Both the position numbers and the translations under genes were made by a program. A stretch of 64,000 nt of DNA from Coniocarpon cinnabarinum. Taxonomy: Eukaryota. The notes beneath the pieces are model-generated. The model was not told where the DNA came from. It saw only the letters and a list, made by a program, of their open reading frames with translations, and ran no database searches. The stretch spans positions 62,001-126,000 of the forward strand of contig JAVECO010000012.1 of assembly GCA_051942205.1 (NCBI GenBank). The letters are read 5' to 3'. The number at the start of each line of letters is the position of its first letter. The stretch's first letter is position 1. This document shows, one piece after another, positions 13,301-24,832 of the stretch.

Positions 13301-13691
13301 AGTCATGAGTCAACACTACGGTGTCGGTCTCTTGCAGTCCAGATCCCAGGTGGTAGACCAGCTCCTTTTGAAAGCAGTCTTTGGCAACAGCTGCGGCCGT
13401 CAAAGGTGGTTTCTCTTCTGCATGGGTCTGCGACGAGGCGCGTGGACTGCTACTGCCTGCGGAGGATACTCGCGTATGTGAGGGACGTTCGTCTGGCCGT
13501 AGGAGAGAGGTATTGGAGGTCTTGCGTGAAAGGGTTGGAGACAGCGAGCCTGAAAGCGGTGATGCGCTTCGTCTATTACCTGGGGACGTATTTCCTCCAA
13601 GTGACATGCGGCCGAGCTTCTTCGTGAGGTTATGAGAGCCGGTTGGGTCATCCGCTAAGGGATTGTCAGGATCTGGTTTGCTGCTTTCCAT
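10377..13691 (-). CDS. HOS3: Histone deacetylase, Hos3 type, with long low-complexity C-terminal tail
   Basis: IVERPER, IRPPGHHC, GFCWINNVHVG, IIDFDLHHGDGSQ, ISAGFDASEWE, SVLEGGYSDRA. First ATG at 13691 (MESSKPD). Confidence 0.95.
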   Translation of the reverse strand: MESSKPDPDNPLADDPTGSHNLTKKLGRMSLGGNTSPGNRRSASPLSGSLSPTLSRKTSNTSLLRPDERPSHTRVSSAGSSSPRASSQTHAEEKPPLTAAAVAKDCFQKELVYHLGSGLQETDTVVLTHDSCYGHRFSRPKTSKSTLSMIVERPERMQAGMLGLATAYVRLGGRHANGSHPPTPRHEPIADVPFRIRKTARTIDVTSPIVAAVHGTKWMQELKMMCDTAGEKLACGQKELSRPDTPAAAPGSTSKPYLHEGDLYLCKDSRDALEGALGGVCEAVDTVFDDSIDARNCKKAFVCIRPPGHHCSADWPSGFCWINNVHVGIEHAIQHHSLTHAAIIDFDLHHGDGSQAIAWERNARSLKAQKSTAKNAAFKRSSVAYFSIHDINSYPCEDGDFNKVQRASVCIQNAHAQNIWNVHLQPWTTEADFWRLYETQYLVLLEKARAYLQSTTQRLKATAPGLQPKAAIFISAGFDASEWETPTMQRHKVNVPTAFYAQMTSDIVKLANEEGMATDGRVISVLEGGYSDRAISSGVFSHLAGLANYKADPNATLMPSEEVNLQHRWDPSWWSDTALRELEDMMKPIAPPPAPVKKPSGPKEVPTYQTPTQSFTAKVVDPGKIQRHTSINVLTPPKSRPSTPPPPEVDWATAACQLSRLLVPSEDRQVNSCRHEELNEPKKRERHSSIGIQTVPTETAGERRQTRGRKTQQDALFNKTPLDRRQSISDLPIHPEVSEEPVNAVTGIPVSSSNKSSRPAAPKPRQASGEAASGLNVAKTRRTSLRPGALAEPSDATVTRPSNTGNQNNNSSTSNASVDSLTSGMNKITLKIPKTTAPSAAPAVAKQAPKKPAAPRATKKASSKPAPAAEKAAEITKEIANSALLGGENNAGIASIQARGDDSETAPPPSPSNVIPQATTTNTSTNENPANPAAPLVTEVMGQASAGTSTTPAENATASVASVDNGIIPDSQDALLPQEDSETSETSHLRNDGQTGLEFIPYRPHGARQDTPSADTNFRQEPLQWLPPNTGTPKKQVPSGKENHLPAFSSAEHIPFPKNAINPAEALNDSEQAKTTIEEVENLATRDEREFRSVWDVPVTPQAK

Positions 13692-14384
13692 CGTTGCCGG
13701 CACGTGGCCCCAATGCTCATCGAAGCACAATCAGTATCAATCAATGGGCGACGCAAGAGCGAGCTCAGTGGGGTATCGTTGCAGTGCCATTGCGCGAGGA
13801 AAGCAGCACTCAGCAGAAGGAAGTAAAGTCATTTCTTCTACGCGCCGGCTCTGTGTGCAAACAAATGCATGGTTGGCCGGGTGAAACGTCAAAAAGGTGG
13901 GCCGTTAATGGTCTCGGTCACAAAACGTTTGTCCCGCTGAACCTCCTGCATGGCTGCCGGCTCTTTTTACTCGAGTTCTCCTCCCTCATCCACCGTCATG
14001 AATCAATCTCCATGGCTTCAAAGACACCAATGGCGAGTACATTGTGAAAAATGTGCTGTCATTGATCTCTATACATGCCTGGTGCTTAGATGCCGCTCAC
14101 GATTTCTTCCTCGTGGATCGTGTTAATTCGAGACGAAAGCTTGTGATTCTTGGCGGAAGTAGAACAGCACTAGCACAAATGATATGTGCTTCATGTCGTT
14201 GAATTGTTGTCTCTGGCGTGAAGACGAGATTCATCCGTGGTTGTCTATGCTTAATGTACAGTACTATCAAAGCATTTAAAGCATTGCGGCCATGCTTGCA
14301 ATGTAGACCGTTCTCCTAAATACCTCTCTTCGATTGATGAGCCTCACTGTCTCCAGCACTCCGAGCAAGTCGGCCGACCTTGCA

Positions 14385-17300
14385 TCAATTCAGACGCCGA
14401 CTCTTGCGCCGTCCAGCCTGGCCAACTCCTGACGAAGTTGCAGCTTTTGGGCGACCAGGACGCTTCTTTTTCGGCGCCGCGGCGTAGTCATCACTCTCGT
14501 CGCTGCTCGAGGGCTCAGACTTTTCATCCACGTCATTGTCGTCAGGCGACTGTTCTTCTTCAGTCAAAGGCGACGGCGACTTTTTCTTCGGACGCCCACG
14601 CTTCTTCGACTTGCTCGACGCATCATTGGCCTTCTGTGCGGATTGTGACTTGCTGGGCGGATGACCGCGTGTTGAGTTAGCAGCTTTGGGCTTGGCTTCC
14701 AAGACACCGTTTTGGCTGGCGGTCCACTCTACACCATCCATTTGCTCGTCTTCGTTTGCGTCCTCGTCGTCGACGCCGTTCGATCTTTCCTCTTCCGCTT
14801 GTGCAGCTTGCTCACGTAACGATGTGATCGGCTTCACGTCCGACTTTACACTATTCGCCTCAGGTACCGGCTCACCATCCTCCTCTTCAATTATAAAGCC
14901 ACCAGCGTGAGAGTCGTGATCCTGATGTTCAGGTGGCTTACGGTCGATGATCTCGGCGTCCATACCCTCAGCCAAGAAGCCGCCGCCCATATTGTCCGCT
15001 GCTTCAGGAAAACCGGTCTGAGGCTCATGCGGATGAGCAACATCTTCTTGTGAAAGATCGATCATATCCTGCTTGCTCTTGTTCTTGCCTCCTTTCCGCC
15101 GATTGGGTTTGTCTACTTGCTCCATCTCTTTATGCAGCTTTCGCTCATCAACGATTCCATACTCTGCTCTTACGCGCTCGATGACCCGTAGTCCTGCCAA
15201 CATCTTGCGCCACATCCCTAGCGCCAGCTTTTCTTGCTTTTTTTTCTCCTTTTCCCTCCGGATCCTCTCTTCTTCCCGCCATGCATCGATCACCATTCTC
15301 TTGTTTTCTGCAGCTACGACCACCCCTGTCAATACCGGCACTGCAATCTTGTTGCCAAACTCGAACCCAGTACACGCTTCGGCAAAGTCGATACCAAGCT
15401 TTTTACATACCTTCGCCGTACCCCTTAATGCGACGTGCGAGGCTCCTTCAGGAACCATCGTAGGGACATACACATCGATATTCCCAAAAGCATTCTTCGG
15501 GATCACACCGTCTTCAATCGGCGGTGGTATAATCCATTCGGTCTGCTCTTTTGAGAACAAAGCTTGTTGTGCTTTGACGCCTGTCTCACGCTCAGTCTGC
15601 TCGATCTCGGCTTTGCGTGAAGCAGTGACCGCGCGCATCGGTACGCGCTTCAGCGGCTGTTCACCCACTTTGACCTGGCGACCTTCCTTGTGCCAGGACT
15701 CCGAAGACTTGCAAGCGACCACCTCGTTGCGTTTGAAGACCGGCTCGTCGGAAGCCTTCTCGCCTTTACCAACGGTGAAGATCTTCACGGGCTGCGCGCT
15801 TGGGAGAAGAGCTTCTTCGCGGCGAAGGTGGCGCTCAAGCACAAACTCTGCACTGTTCTTGTAATACTGGAGAGACTCTTGTGGAGGCTTGTCCGTATTG
15901 TTGCGGTTGATGTAGACGGGCTTCAGCTCACGCGAGTCTTCAATATTATCTGCACTCGAGTTGAAACCGCCCTGCGGTTGATAGAGGGACATCACATCCT
16001 TAAACCAATTGTATTGCTCGTGTTGAATAATCTTCCCCTTCCGATTGTGGATGGGGACTTTTTCGATTGGATAGCGGACGCCTTTCGTCTTGCCGGGCCA
16101 CACGTGCCGTTTCAAATATCGCGTTGTAACATCTTTGGCGCTGCCGTCATGATTGAAAGCAATAACATAAGCCATAACTTGTCTATTGCGGTTTGCCCCA
16201 CCGCCTTGAGGCTCGAAAACTGCATGCGAGTCCAAATTTGATGCCACGACGGACAGACAGATCGGGTCGACAGGAATGTAAGTGTTCGTGATTGGAGACA
16301 GAACTTCAGTCCAGTAGTGCGGATAGCGTAGATCCCCGTCGTATCGCTTGTGGGACTGCGTGGGTAGCTTATTGGTAGTAATATCAACTACTGACTCCTC
16401 GGAGCCCGATGAAGGAGGATCGCTTAAAGGACTTTCATCGCTATCAGACAAGTTGATCGGCTCAGATTTATTGCCTTGAGTGGAGCTTTTGGCTCGTCGA
16501 CCAGGTTGTGGTTTGTCAGTATTGCGCTCAGCTGGGGCGCCCAATTTAGGTCGCGCAACCGATTTTCGCAATGGTTTCGCTGGCTTCGAGTCTTTGTGCG
16601 GACTTTTGTCTTCAGGTGTGCCTTGCTTCTTCGGCGGGTCTGCTTCCTCAAGCTTGCTCCAGCCGAAGCCAGCGGGTTGTAGACTTGCTACCAACCTTGC
16701 GTTTAGTCCAACACCACGAAGCAGTGCAGTGAACAGCTGTGCGCCAGCATCTCGACTCCCTTTTGCTCTTTTCGCGTGACTTATGAAATCCTCTAGAGAA
16801 TCGATACGCTCGCCAAATTCATCAAGTTCATTTGGCTCTTTTCGAAAGACCTTCAACTCGTCCTGGATACGCTCTATACTCTTGTAGCCTTGCTTTCGTA
16901 GACCTGGTGCTGTCTTCGTGAACCTCTTACGCCAGAACGCGCACAAAGCTTTCACGAGACGAAGTGTAGGATCTGCTTGGCTTGTGCTTCCATTGCCGTC
17001 TTTGTCCTCGTCTGCATTTGGGCCCCAATCACGTATGCTCTGGGAAAGTTTGGTGTCCTTCGGAGGACGTCCTTTTCGCTTACTCTTAGTTTTACCATCG
17101 CTTTCAGCCCGCTTGCTATCCGGCCCGTCAACCTCTTTCCGACCTTCTTTTCCGAATACCTCCTTACATGCTGCTCGCCAGCGCTCGAGCTCATCTTTAC
17201 ACGTTCCAGTCAATTGCTTGACTAAAGCATCCTGCACTTTTTCATTGTTTATCCAGCAATTCCTGATGTGATTGTGGTAAATCAAGCTCATAACATGAAG

Positions 17301-17852
17301 CTGATGTGTAGTGTTTCGAATTTGTCGGTCGATCTTGCTTGGTCCCTTTTTCTCGTCTCCCAATTTGATATCAGACCGCCGAACATCTTTCACCTCCTCG
17401 ACCAAGATCTGCATGCGCTCATCGTCCTTGCCTTGCTTGACCGGTTTGAGAGCTCCCAATTCGTCATGCTCAGCCAGGAAGCTGTCCCACTCCTGGTGAT
17501 CTCCTTCGTCCTCGTCCTCGTCCTCCTCCCCCCCACTACTACTTTCGACCCCATCGATTTCGTCTGTACTTGTGCGCCTCTGCTGTCGTTTAGCCAAGTC
17601 GCTTCCCTTAATCGATGAGGTGTCGTCTCCAGGCCCTGCGCTGAAACTTTGGGCTTCGCTCAAGGACGAGGTCTCAGAATCGTTGCCATCAAGCTGGCTC
17701 AAGAACTTTTCGTGGTCACCAATCTGCGGTGGAGCTGCTCGAGCTTCGACGGCATCGAAGAGTGACTCGCGCTTGGCTTTTTTCGGGAAGTTTGAGGTGC
17801 GCTTCGTGGGAGTCTCTGTGGACCGTCGCTTTTGAGGCACATGTGGCGGCAT
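14385..17852 (-). CDS. Rad4/XPC-family DNA damage recognition protein (transglutaminase-like + BHD1-3)
   Basis: GSRDAGAQLFTALLR...ARLVASLQP; YPHYWTEV; AKDVTTRY; EFVLERHLRREE; IPKNAFGNIDVYVPTMVPEG; DFAEACTGFEF. Which Rad4 paralogue it is cannot be settled by eye. Confidence 0.93.
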   Translation of the reverse strand: MPPHVPQKRRSTETPTKRTSNFPKKAKRESLFDAVEARAAPPQIGDHEKFLSQLDGNDSETSSLSEAQSFSAGPGDDTSSIKGSDLAKRQQRRTSTDEIDGVESSSGGEEDEDEDEGDHQEWDSFLAEHDELGALKPVKQGKDDERMQILVEEVKDVRRSDIKLGDEKKGPSKIDRQIRNTTHQLHVMSLIYHNHIRNCWINNEKVQDALVKQLTGTCKDELERWRAACKEVFGKEGRKEVDGPDSKRAESDGKTKSKRKGRPPKDTKLSQSIRDWGPNADEDKDGNGSTSQADPTLRLVKALCAFWRKRFTKTAPGLRKQGYKSIERIQDELKVFRKEPNELDEFGERIDSLEDFISHAKRAKGSRDAGAQLFTALLRGVGLNARLVASLQPAGFGWSKLEEADPPKKQGTPEDKSPHKDSKPAKPLRKSVARPKLGAPAERNTDKPQPGRRAKSSTQGNKSEPINLSDSDESPLSDPPSSGSEESVVDITTNKLPTQSHKRYDGDLRYPHYWTEVLSPITNTYIPVDPICLSVVASNLDSHAVFEPQGGGANRNRQVMAYVIAFNHDGSAKDVTTRYLKRHVWPGKTKGVRYPIEKVPIHNRKGKIIQHEQYNWFKDVMSLYQPQGGFNSSADNIEDSRELKPVYINRNNTDKPPQESLQYYKNSAEFVLERHLRREEALLPSAQPVKIFTVGKGEKASDEPVFKRNEVVACKSSESWHKEGRQVKVGEQPLKRVPMRAVTASRKAEIEQTERETGVKAQQALFSKEQTEWIIPPPIEDGVIPKNAFGNIDVYVPTMVPEGASHVALRGTAKVCKKLGIDFAEACTGFEFGNKIAVPVLTGVVVAAENKRMVIDAWREEERIRREKEKKKQEKLALGMWRKMLAGLRVIERVRAEYGIVDERKLHKEMEQVDKPNRRKGGKNKSKQDMIDLSQEDVAHPHEPQTGFPEAADNMGGGFLAEGMDAEIIDRKPPEHQDHDSHAGGFIIEEEDGEPVPEANSVKSDVKPITSLREQAAQAEEERSNGVDDEDANEDEQMDGVEWTASQNGVLEAKPKAANSTRGHPPSKSQSAQKANDASSKSKKRGRPKKKSPSPLTEEEQSPDDNDVDEKSEPSSSDESDDYAAAPKKKRPGRPKAATSSGVGQAGRRKSRRLN

Positions 17853-18766
17853 CAGAAGGGAGCACGATTCAGTATGAGAGAGCAAACAAGACGGCTAGCA
17901 CCAGAAGCTCAATGAATGTGAGTGACTGTGGACGTTTGCTCTGCCAAATTGGTCTATAAAGCTCCCAGTCAATGCAACAAGACGAATTATCAGATACAGA
18001 GGAAAGTCAGCCAATGGCCCAAGCTCGTGACATCATATTCGACGACTTCGCGAAGGCGTCAAGGGCGATGAAGGCTTCTATAACAGCTGATTCTCCCAAG
18101 GGAAGGGAGAGCATGAAGATATGGTACCACTCCGTTTCCTGCGTATGGTGATCAAGCTAAGGACATACATACTGCTAGAAAGTCTTACCTCGTCCGTCGC
18201 TGCAAAGCATTCCGAGCTTGGACTGTTTCCCATATTTCTGAGGGATGGAGAGGAACAGAAGCACACAATGCGCAGTCCATGACAGCTAGGTTTAAACGTC
18301 AGACAATTCGAAACTAGTAGAATCTAGCAAAATCACTGATACCGACAGCAACGCTCGCCTAGTGCAGAGACTGTGTACTGAGGGTAAGCGTCTACTAAAG
18401 CTAAACTGCTTCAACTCTACCTGACCCCCTTCATCAGTCTTCGGTTCCCTATCTCATTCTCAATGTTCTTGAGTCTTGATAGGCGACTCCAGTGATGCAC
18501 GAAATTGCAAGTTGCGCGCCTCGAAACTACGTCTCAGGCCTCTGTGCGCCTCATCTGCAGTCCTCTTCAAATTCAGTAAACGCCGTCCCATGCTCGCATT
18601 GGACCGTACGTCATCTCTTTGGCTCGTTTCGCATTATGATGGAACCCTCCAAACGCCAAAGCTAACACTTGAGTTTTCTCGATCTCGACCAGGTACGTCG
18701 GTGGATAGAATTTTGTGATGTAGTGGATGGTATTAGCGGGTGGTTTCTGATTTGCCATGAATTGAT

Positions 18767-21270
18767 TCAAAGACCGAGAGGAGTTTGTCCACCACTATTA
18801 CCAGCCCCGTTCGCGGCGGTAGCAGGTGAACGGAAATCCTGTGCGAATTGTGGGTCTCCTGAAGCATCCGGCATTTGCATGTGGTGATTATCAGGCAGCT
18901 GTCCCTCTGCAACACCTTGAGTACGACAAAGCGGGCACGAGTTGCGGCCAGAGATCAACCACTGTGCTATGTTAGTATTGCTCTGAAAAGCCATAACTTC
19001 ATTTCACTTACTTCGTCAATGCAATGTTGATGGAACATATGCATACATTCCTTGAGACGCCTACCCATCTCTCCTTCGGTGTATGACGACAAGCAAATTT
19101 GACATGTCTGCTCCGGCTCCATAACGACCCTCTCAACATCGCCCTCGTCTTCAGTCCCGCGAGATGCGAACATTATGGATCCGTCATCCGTTGTGCAAAC
19201 CTCGAATAGGCCTCCGGCTGAATCGACATCTTGTTGCTGAGCAACTGGTGGTTTGGCCGGGCCCAACAACGACGACAAAAGCAACATGTCTTCGTACGTG
19301 GGGTTGTCAGTGAACAGACTGGGTGTTGTCAGAATTGGATGGTTCTCAGGGTAGCTACCACCAAGAACGTAAATGATCCAGCTGCGACTGGAGTCGCTCC
19401 CCGCTGGAATGTGATCGGGTTCGACAACCCCATTGCGACGCGCAGAACCAGAGCCAAATCGGAGTGCGCGTGACTGACTGCGCTGACGGGAGCGCCCGGT
19501 CTGCGACCGCTGCTGATCATCTTCGGGGATGTCGTCGATGATGGATCTCCGGTTCGTGCCAAGTGATGAATGCCAGCTTTGGCGCCAACTCTGCCTCAAA
19601 CTTTCGCGCCAGCTGTCGCGTCTGCCATCACGAAAGCGAAAGCGGCTCTCGACAGGACTTGGAGGTTCTTCATAAGTGCTTGCAGTCTGGGGGCCTCCTT
19701 CATCGTTCGTTCCAGGCTCCGTGGAGGATGATGGTTCGTCGTAGATGGTTATCTCGGTGTTGACAATGTCGTCCTCGGGTACTGCTGGTGACGATGGCGT
19801 GTCTGTCGCGCTCGGCTCAGTTGAGCCTGCAGGTCCCACTTCAGACATTGGTCGTTCAAAAGTGGGTTGCGTGTCAAATCCCCTGTCTCTGCCCACCCAT
19901 GGTCCACCCATGGAAGCCCGTCGACTGCGAGACAGACTTGACAGACCAAGACGGCTGCGTGGTGTGCCCACTGGTCTGTCGCCGCTAGGAGCGTGCAAAC
20001 CAACATTGATGGTAGTGTTGAGATTCGTCAAGGCGTCAATGAATGATGGCATAGCCTCAGTAGCCTCCGAGCCAGGGTTGCCGTTGGCATCCTGATTCAA
20101 GGACCGTATGCCAACAATGAGTATCGAAACAGTGCGGGCAGCGGATTCAGTCGGAGGATCGGAAGCTGCGGAATCAGTATTGACAGTGGCCGGGCCTTGG
20201 CCTGGATTGGAATTGCTCGGAATGTTGCCACCGGGGGCCGCCGCTGGTGCTGAATTTCTTGTCGTTGGCTGACTGCTGGGCCCGAACCTGAACATTCGAA
20301 AAAAGTCAAGAGAATTCGGATTGTCGGGATCGCCTGCTTGTGTATCGGAGTTTGCACTGTTGCGACCCAAGTGCGAGGCTAAGCGACCATTGCGAAGAGC
20401 TTGCAGGAAGTTATCAAATGATCCATCTTCTCCGTCCACAGCCACTGCAGTTCGTCGTAGGTCGTTTACAGCAGCCTCAGGATTGTTGCCCATGAGAGAA
20501 GCCGCAGTAGCTGCGGCTGCCACGGACAGCAATCGTTGAAGCACGGCCGCGTTTTGTTCGGCGGGTGCAGACCGACGCATCTGGCGTCGACGAATCGTTG
20601 ACGTAAAACGGGAAAGCTCTCTGGTTGGAGCTATGTGAGACATTCGATTGATGAGGCGAGAGGCTGGGCGAGCGCCGGAGGCCATTTGAGGAGTGTCCGT
20701 GGCAGTAGCTGGGTTGGACGCGGCTGGAAGAGGCCCCGAGGCTTCAACATCTTCTGTAGCATTCTCAGCAGTAACAGGCAATCGAGATTGCTCGCGACTG
20801 CGGGCTGCATGTGCCATATCTAATGAGTCTCTGGGCTCAACATTCCACGACTGTGAAGTAGACGAAGACGGTTCTTCCTCTTCAACTGTCTCTTGCCCAT
20901 TGTTGTCGCGATGAAAGAGTCGTCCAAAGTGAGAGGTTCGGGCTGCATGGAACCCGCGGCGGCGTGATGGTTCGCGAACTCTCGGGAATGGAGAGTGAGC
21001 GCCCGTCTGTCCTCGCTCAGACCGTTGACGGTTCCAGAAATCTGGTAGGTAGAGACTGGCTGGTCGGGATCGACGCGGTGATGCTGCATTTGCATTGACC
21101 CCGGCGGTATCGGAGGCGCCAATGTTCTCAGCATGACGAGTGAAAGTTGATGGGGATCCTCCAAAGAATGAAGTCGGTCGAGCACGGCTACGCAGCCGAC
21201 GACGCAAGCTTGGTTGATTGTCGGCACTCTCGGCCGCAGGCTGAGCGTGGTGTGAAGCTGACTGACCCAT
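18767..21270 (-). CDS. RING-H2 finger protein, putative E3 ubiquitin ligase; intron 19011-18962
   Basis: N-terminus MGQSAS (myristoylation-like); conserved block SWIIYVLGGSYPENHPILTTPSLFTDNPTYEDMLLLSSLLGP; RING CQIC...CMHMFHQHCIDE|WLISGRNSCPLCR across the intron. Confidence 0.9.
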
Positions 21271-21891
21271 GGGTAGTTGCGTCAAGTGTAGGAGCGATGA
21301 GGAAGGGTAAGCATTGGAAAGGAAGGAAAGCAAGTAAAAGGTGGAAGTGACATAAGACGGTTGATGCTCCGCTATTGAGGGACACGTGAATAGAGGTGCG
21401 CGAGCCTCGAATGGCCGAAGTGGGAGGTGAACAAAACCCAAAGCGCTTGGCAGATGATGTCACCAGTTGCAATGAGTGCAAGATCTGAGAATGCGAAGAC
21501 AAGAGGCAAATTGGGAGTAGGGAAAAGAGGCCAGGCAGCGTGGATGAAGAGGTGCAGTCAATGTAGGTGGTCCAGCTTCCAGAGACGGACGTCAAACTGG
21601 GGTTGGCTTCAGGTTCGTTTGTTTGCTAGCGCCGCACCCGGACTTAACTCAACTAACACCGGTCGTGTTTACCTGATATTATAGGCATGATACAAGCTCA
21701 CGTGATTTCATGAAGTACTCATGGCACTACCGGTGCAACTTAAGCTTCTTAGGTTTGGTCGGCGCAGAGCACAAGCGCGTGGAAGCCTATGAAGCTTCCG
21801 CAGATGCTCGAAGGTGAGGAGTATCATGCTGCTTCTGACATACGTGTGCAGCGGCTCGGGAGCGTGGCTATCCTAGGTCTGTATTCTGAAC

Positions 21892-22878
21892 ATGGCTTTT
21901 GTATTTGAGCCACCGTTGCGCCCGAGAGAATGGGCAACTGTAGGGAGAAAGGAACTTCATCAAGATGAAACCTTTGACGATAGTCATTCACCAGCTTCAC
22001 CGCCGGATGAGAGCTCTTTAGAACCCGTCGTCGATGTCCGTCGTTCTGCGTTGTCGGCGCATCAACCTAGGAAACATACCAATATTAAGTATCAACATTT
22101 TGTGGCTTTGAACGCGGCTCTGCACAAATCTATGCAAGCCCACGACTACTCAAGAGCAAGCCGCATATTTGGTATGCTTTTGCGTTTTGAGCCGCCCGGA
22201 CTAGCTGTGGCTGGAGCCCATGTCGACCTCCGCAAACAAAACCTGTGGGGCATTGGGGCTGAAATTTTATTGCAACGAGTGCGGAACCCGATCTCTGATA
22301 CTCGTCGTGGACAAACAAGCCACATTTCGGATGACGGCGATCTTCGAAGCTTTCCCGACTCTCTGTCAACTGAACAAGGTTTCGAAGATGCAAAGTCTTT
22401 CTACCAGCGACTGGTGCTGCAGTATCCCTACAGAAAAGCCAGTCGATCAAATAACTCGCGTTCGGATGAGATCATGAGTGACTCCAACGGAGGTGGCCTG
22501 CAGAGCACAGTATCAGCGCTTGACTTCTACCCAATTCTGTTTAATCTTTGGATCTTTCAGGTCCAAGCAAGAACACAAGAACGGAAGGCCAACGTTGAGG
22601 AGCTTCACAGAATTTATCAGTACTCTCAGCAAGATATTACGAATGATATCGACGAGGCATGCAACGCTAATGTGAATGAGATCCTGTCTATTGTAGAGCA
22701 GATGAATGAGGTGACTCGAGCACCACCATACGATCGGCACACCGAGCTGTTGCAAATGCAGGGTGACGTGCGTATGTGGTTAGCTGACGTACTCAGCGAA
22801 TCAAGCCAACGATCTCATGAGATTGCCAAATGGCGCCAAGAGGCACAGAAATTATATGCCACTGTATCAAGAAGTTAA
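21892..22878 (+). CDS. RRN11: RNA polymerase I core factor subunit Rrn11-like protein
   Basis: QHFVALNAALHKSMQAHDYSRASRIFGMLLR...VDLRKQNLWGIGAEILL...GFEDAKSFYQRLVLQYPY resembles fungal Rrn11 family blocks (from recall, not searched). Confidence 0.65.
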   Translation: MAFVFEPPLRPREWATVGRKELHQDETFDDSHSPASPPDESSLEPVVDVRRSALSAHQPRKHTNIKYQHFVALNAALHKSMQAHDYSRASRIFGMLLRFEPPGLAVAGAHVDLRKQNLWGIGAEILLQRVRNPISDTRRGQTSHISDDGDLRSFPDSLSTEQGFEDAKSFYQRLVLQYPYRKASRSNNSRSDEIMSDSNGGGLQSTVSALDFYPILFNLWIFQVQARTQERKANVEELHRIYQYSQQDITNDIDEACNANVNEILSIVEQMNEVTRAPPYDRHTELLQMQGDVRMWLADVLSESSQRSHEIAKWRQEAQKLYATVSRS

Positions 22879-22931
22879 AAATAGTATGCACATTTTCTCA
22901 GGGTCGATAAACGCTACAGTCCACTATCGAC

Positions 22932-24390
22932 CTACAGATCGTTTTCTAAAATTGGCCTGGCCTCTTCTGTCTGCCACCAACTCACGCCCTTCTCGCCCGG
23001 GAATTGGTACTTGAGCATGCTTTCTGGTTTCATCTCTACGCTGTAGCCGGCTTCTTGGGGAGTGACGTAGTTACCGCCATGCACCCGACTGGGGTGTAAG
23101 AAGTGCTCGTGGAGGCTGTCCACGTACTCGAGGAGACTTTTCCGACCACTAACCACCACGAAGTCGATGGTGCTGACGTGTTGAGTATATTCTGGTAGAC
23201 CAACGCCTCCACTATGAGGTACAATCGCCACACCAAATTTCTTGGCCATCAGCAGCACTGCCAGAACCTCATTTAGTCCGCCCATACGGCAGGCATCGAC
23301 CTGACAAACATCAATGGCTTCGGCTTGCAGCAGTTGCTTAAACATCATGCGATTTTGGCACATTTCTCCTGTGGCTACACCAACACCCAGTGGTTTTAAA
23401 GCCTTTCGCACGGCAGCATGCCCAAGGACGTCATCTGGACTGGTGGGCTCTTCGATGAACCAAGGTTTGAACTCAGCCAGGCTCTTCATATGCTCGATCG
23501 CTTGTGGTACGCCCCAAACTTGATTGGCATCTACCATGAGGACATGACCCTTGCCATAACCAAGCACTTCACGGGTGATAGAAAGCCGCTCTCGGTCTTC
23601 CTGCAACGAGCCACCAACCTTCATCTTGAAATGCCGATACCCTTGATTCTCAGCCTGCTGGAGAAGCTGCTTCATCTTGTCCTTGCCGTAACCAAGCCAA
23701 CCTGCACTTGTCGTGTATGCTGGTACAGCTTGGTCTGTCTCGGCGTCTCTCAGTCGATCTGACTTGCCTTGCTCAGATACCTTGAGAATTGCTGTTGCCT
23801 CCGCGGGCGTCACTGCGTCTTCGATATACCGGAACGGCACACACCGCACTACTTCCTCTGGCGTCATTTGACTTACGACCTTCCACACAGGCATGCCCAG
23901 CGCTTTGGCCCACAGATCCCAGATTGCGTTGACCACTGCGCCCACAGCAAGATGCGTCACACCTTTCTCCGGCCCAACCCATCTGACTTGGCTGTCGCTA
24001 ACCAACGTGTTCCAGGTTGCGCCGAAATTAGCGACCAGTGCTGAGATGGGCTTGTTAAGCAGGCGCTCGGCAAAGTAGGGGATCGCGTGGATGACAAGGT
24101 CATTGCCACGGCCAATCGTGAAGGTCATGCCATGGCCTGCATGCTCCGCTGAGTCGGTCCGCAAGATGCAGTACGCAGCAGAGTAGTCGCCAGCGGCGTT
24201 CATGGCATCTGAGCCAGTCTTGTCGAGAGAGGTCTTGGAGATGTCAGAAAGACTAGGCCCAGCCATGATCAAGAGCGAGGAACTTGACACGTACAGGAAA
24301 GCGAACATCTTTCGTCTCGAAACTGGTGATGACTGGGTCGATCGACAGTGAAAGATTCTTGTATGCCTGAGTCCGATTGGCTGCAGCCAT
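22932..24390 (-). CDS. lgd1: L-galactonate dehydratase (enolase/mandelate racemase superfamily; D-galacturonate catabolism); intron 24294-24234
   Basis: DVRFP|TSLDKTGSDAMNAAGDYSAAYC; GMTFTIGRGN; AYTTSAGWLGY; FKMKVG; MVDANQVW; FIEEPTSPDD; ATGEMCQNR; PHSGGVGLPEYTQH. Confidence 0.88.
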
Positions 24391-24832
24391 GATGATATCT
24401 TCGGGGTCTAAATCCGGTCGCACAGGATGATTTTTGCTGCATGCAGTGACTTGGCATCCACTGGAGGTGGTCTTCAATTTTCGTCCACAAGCTTTGAAAG
24501 AACAAGGAGAGTGTCTGGAAAAACGCTCTGCTAGGACTGGCTCTTACTGAGAGCATTTTCTCGGGTGAATCCGGCCCGTCTCCTGAAGTCTCTCCACCCC
24601 CGGCTTCGAATACTCGAGTCATGCCATGTGTCGAATATCCAATGGTATGCTAATTCGTTGCGGTTCACATTCCCAGCTCGAATGTGTCTGATCGTGCAAT
24701 AAGGGTCAAGTCTATTCCTGTGTATTCTTACATCTTCTTTACAGCCTTCCCTCATACAACTAATCCCGGGCGAGTTGCAACTTTTGCCGTTATGCCACTC
24801 ACCATTAGCACGCCAAAACTGAAGGTCCCTCC

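Noticed and set aside
15073..16241. Long + strand ORFs (263 and 183 aa), and similar ones at 52657-53259 and 9201-9872
   Set aside because: Antisense shadows of the Rad4-family, FAA1 and UFE1 coding sequences.
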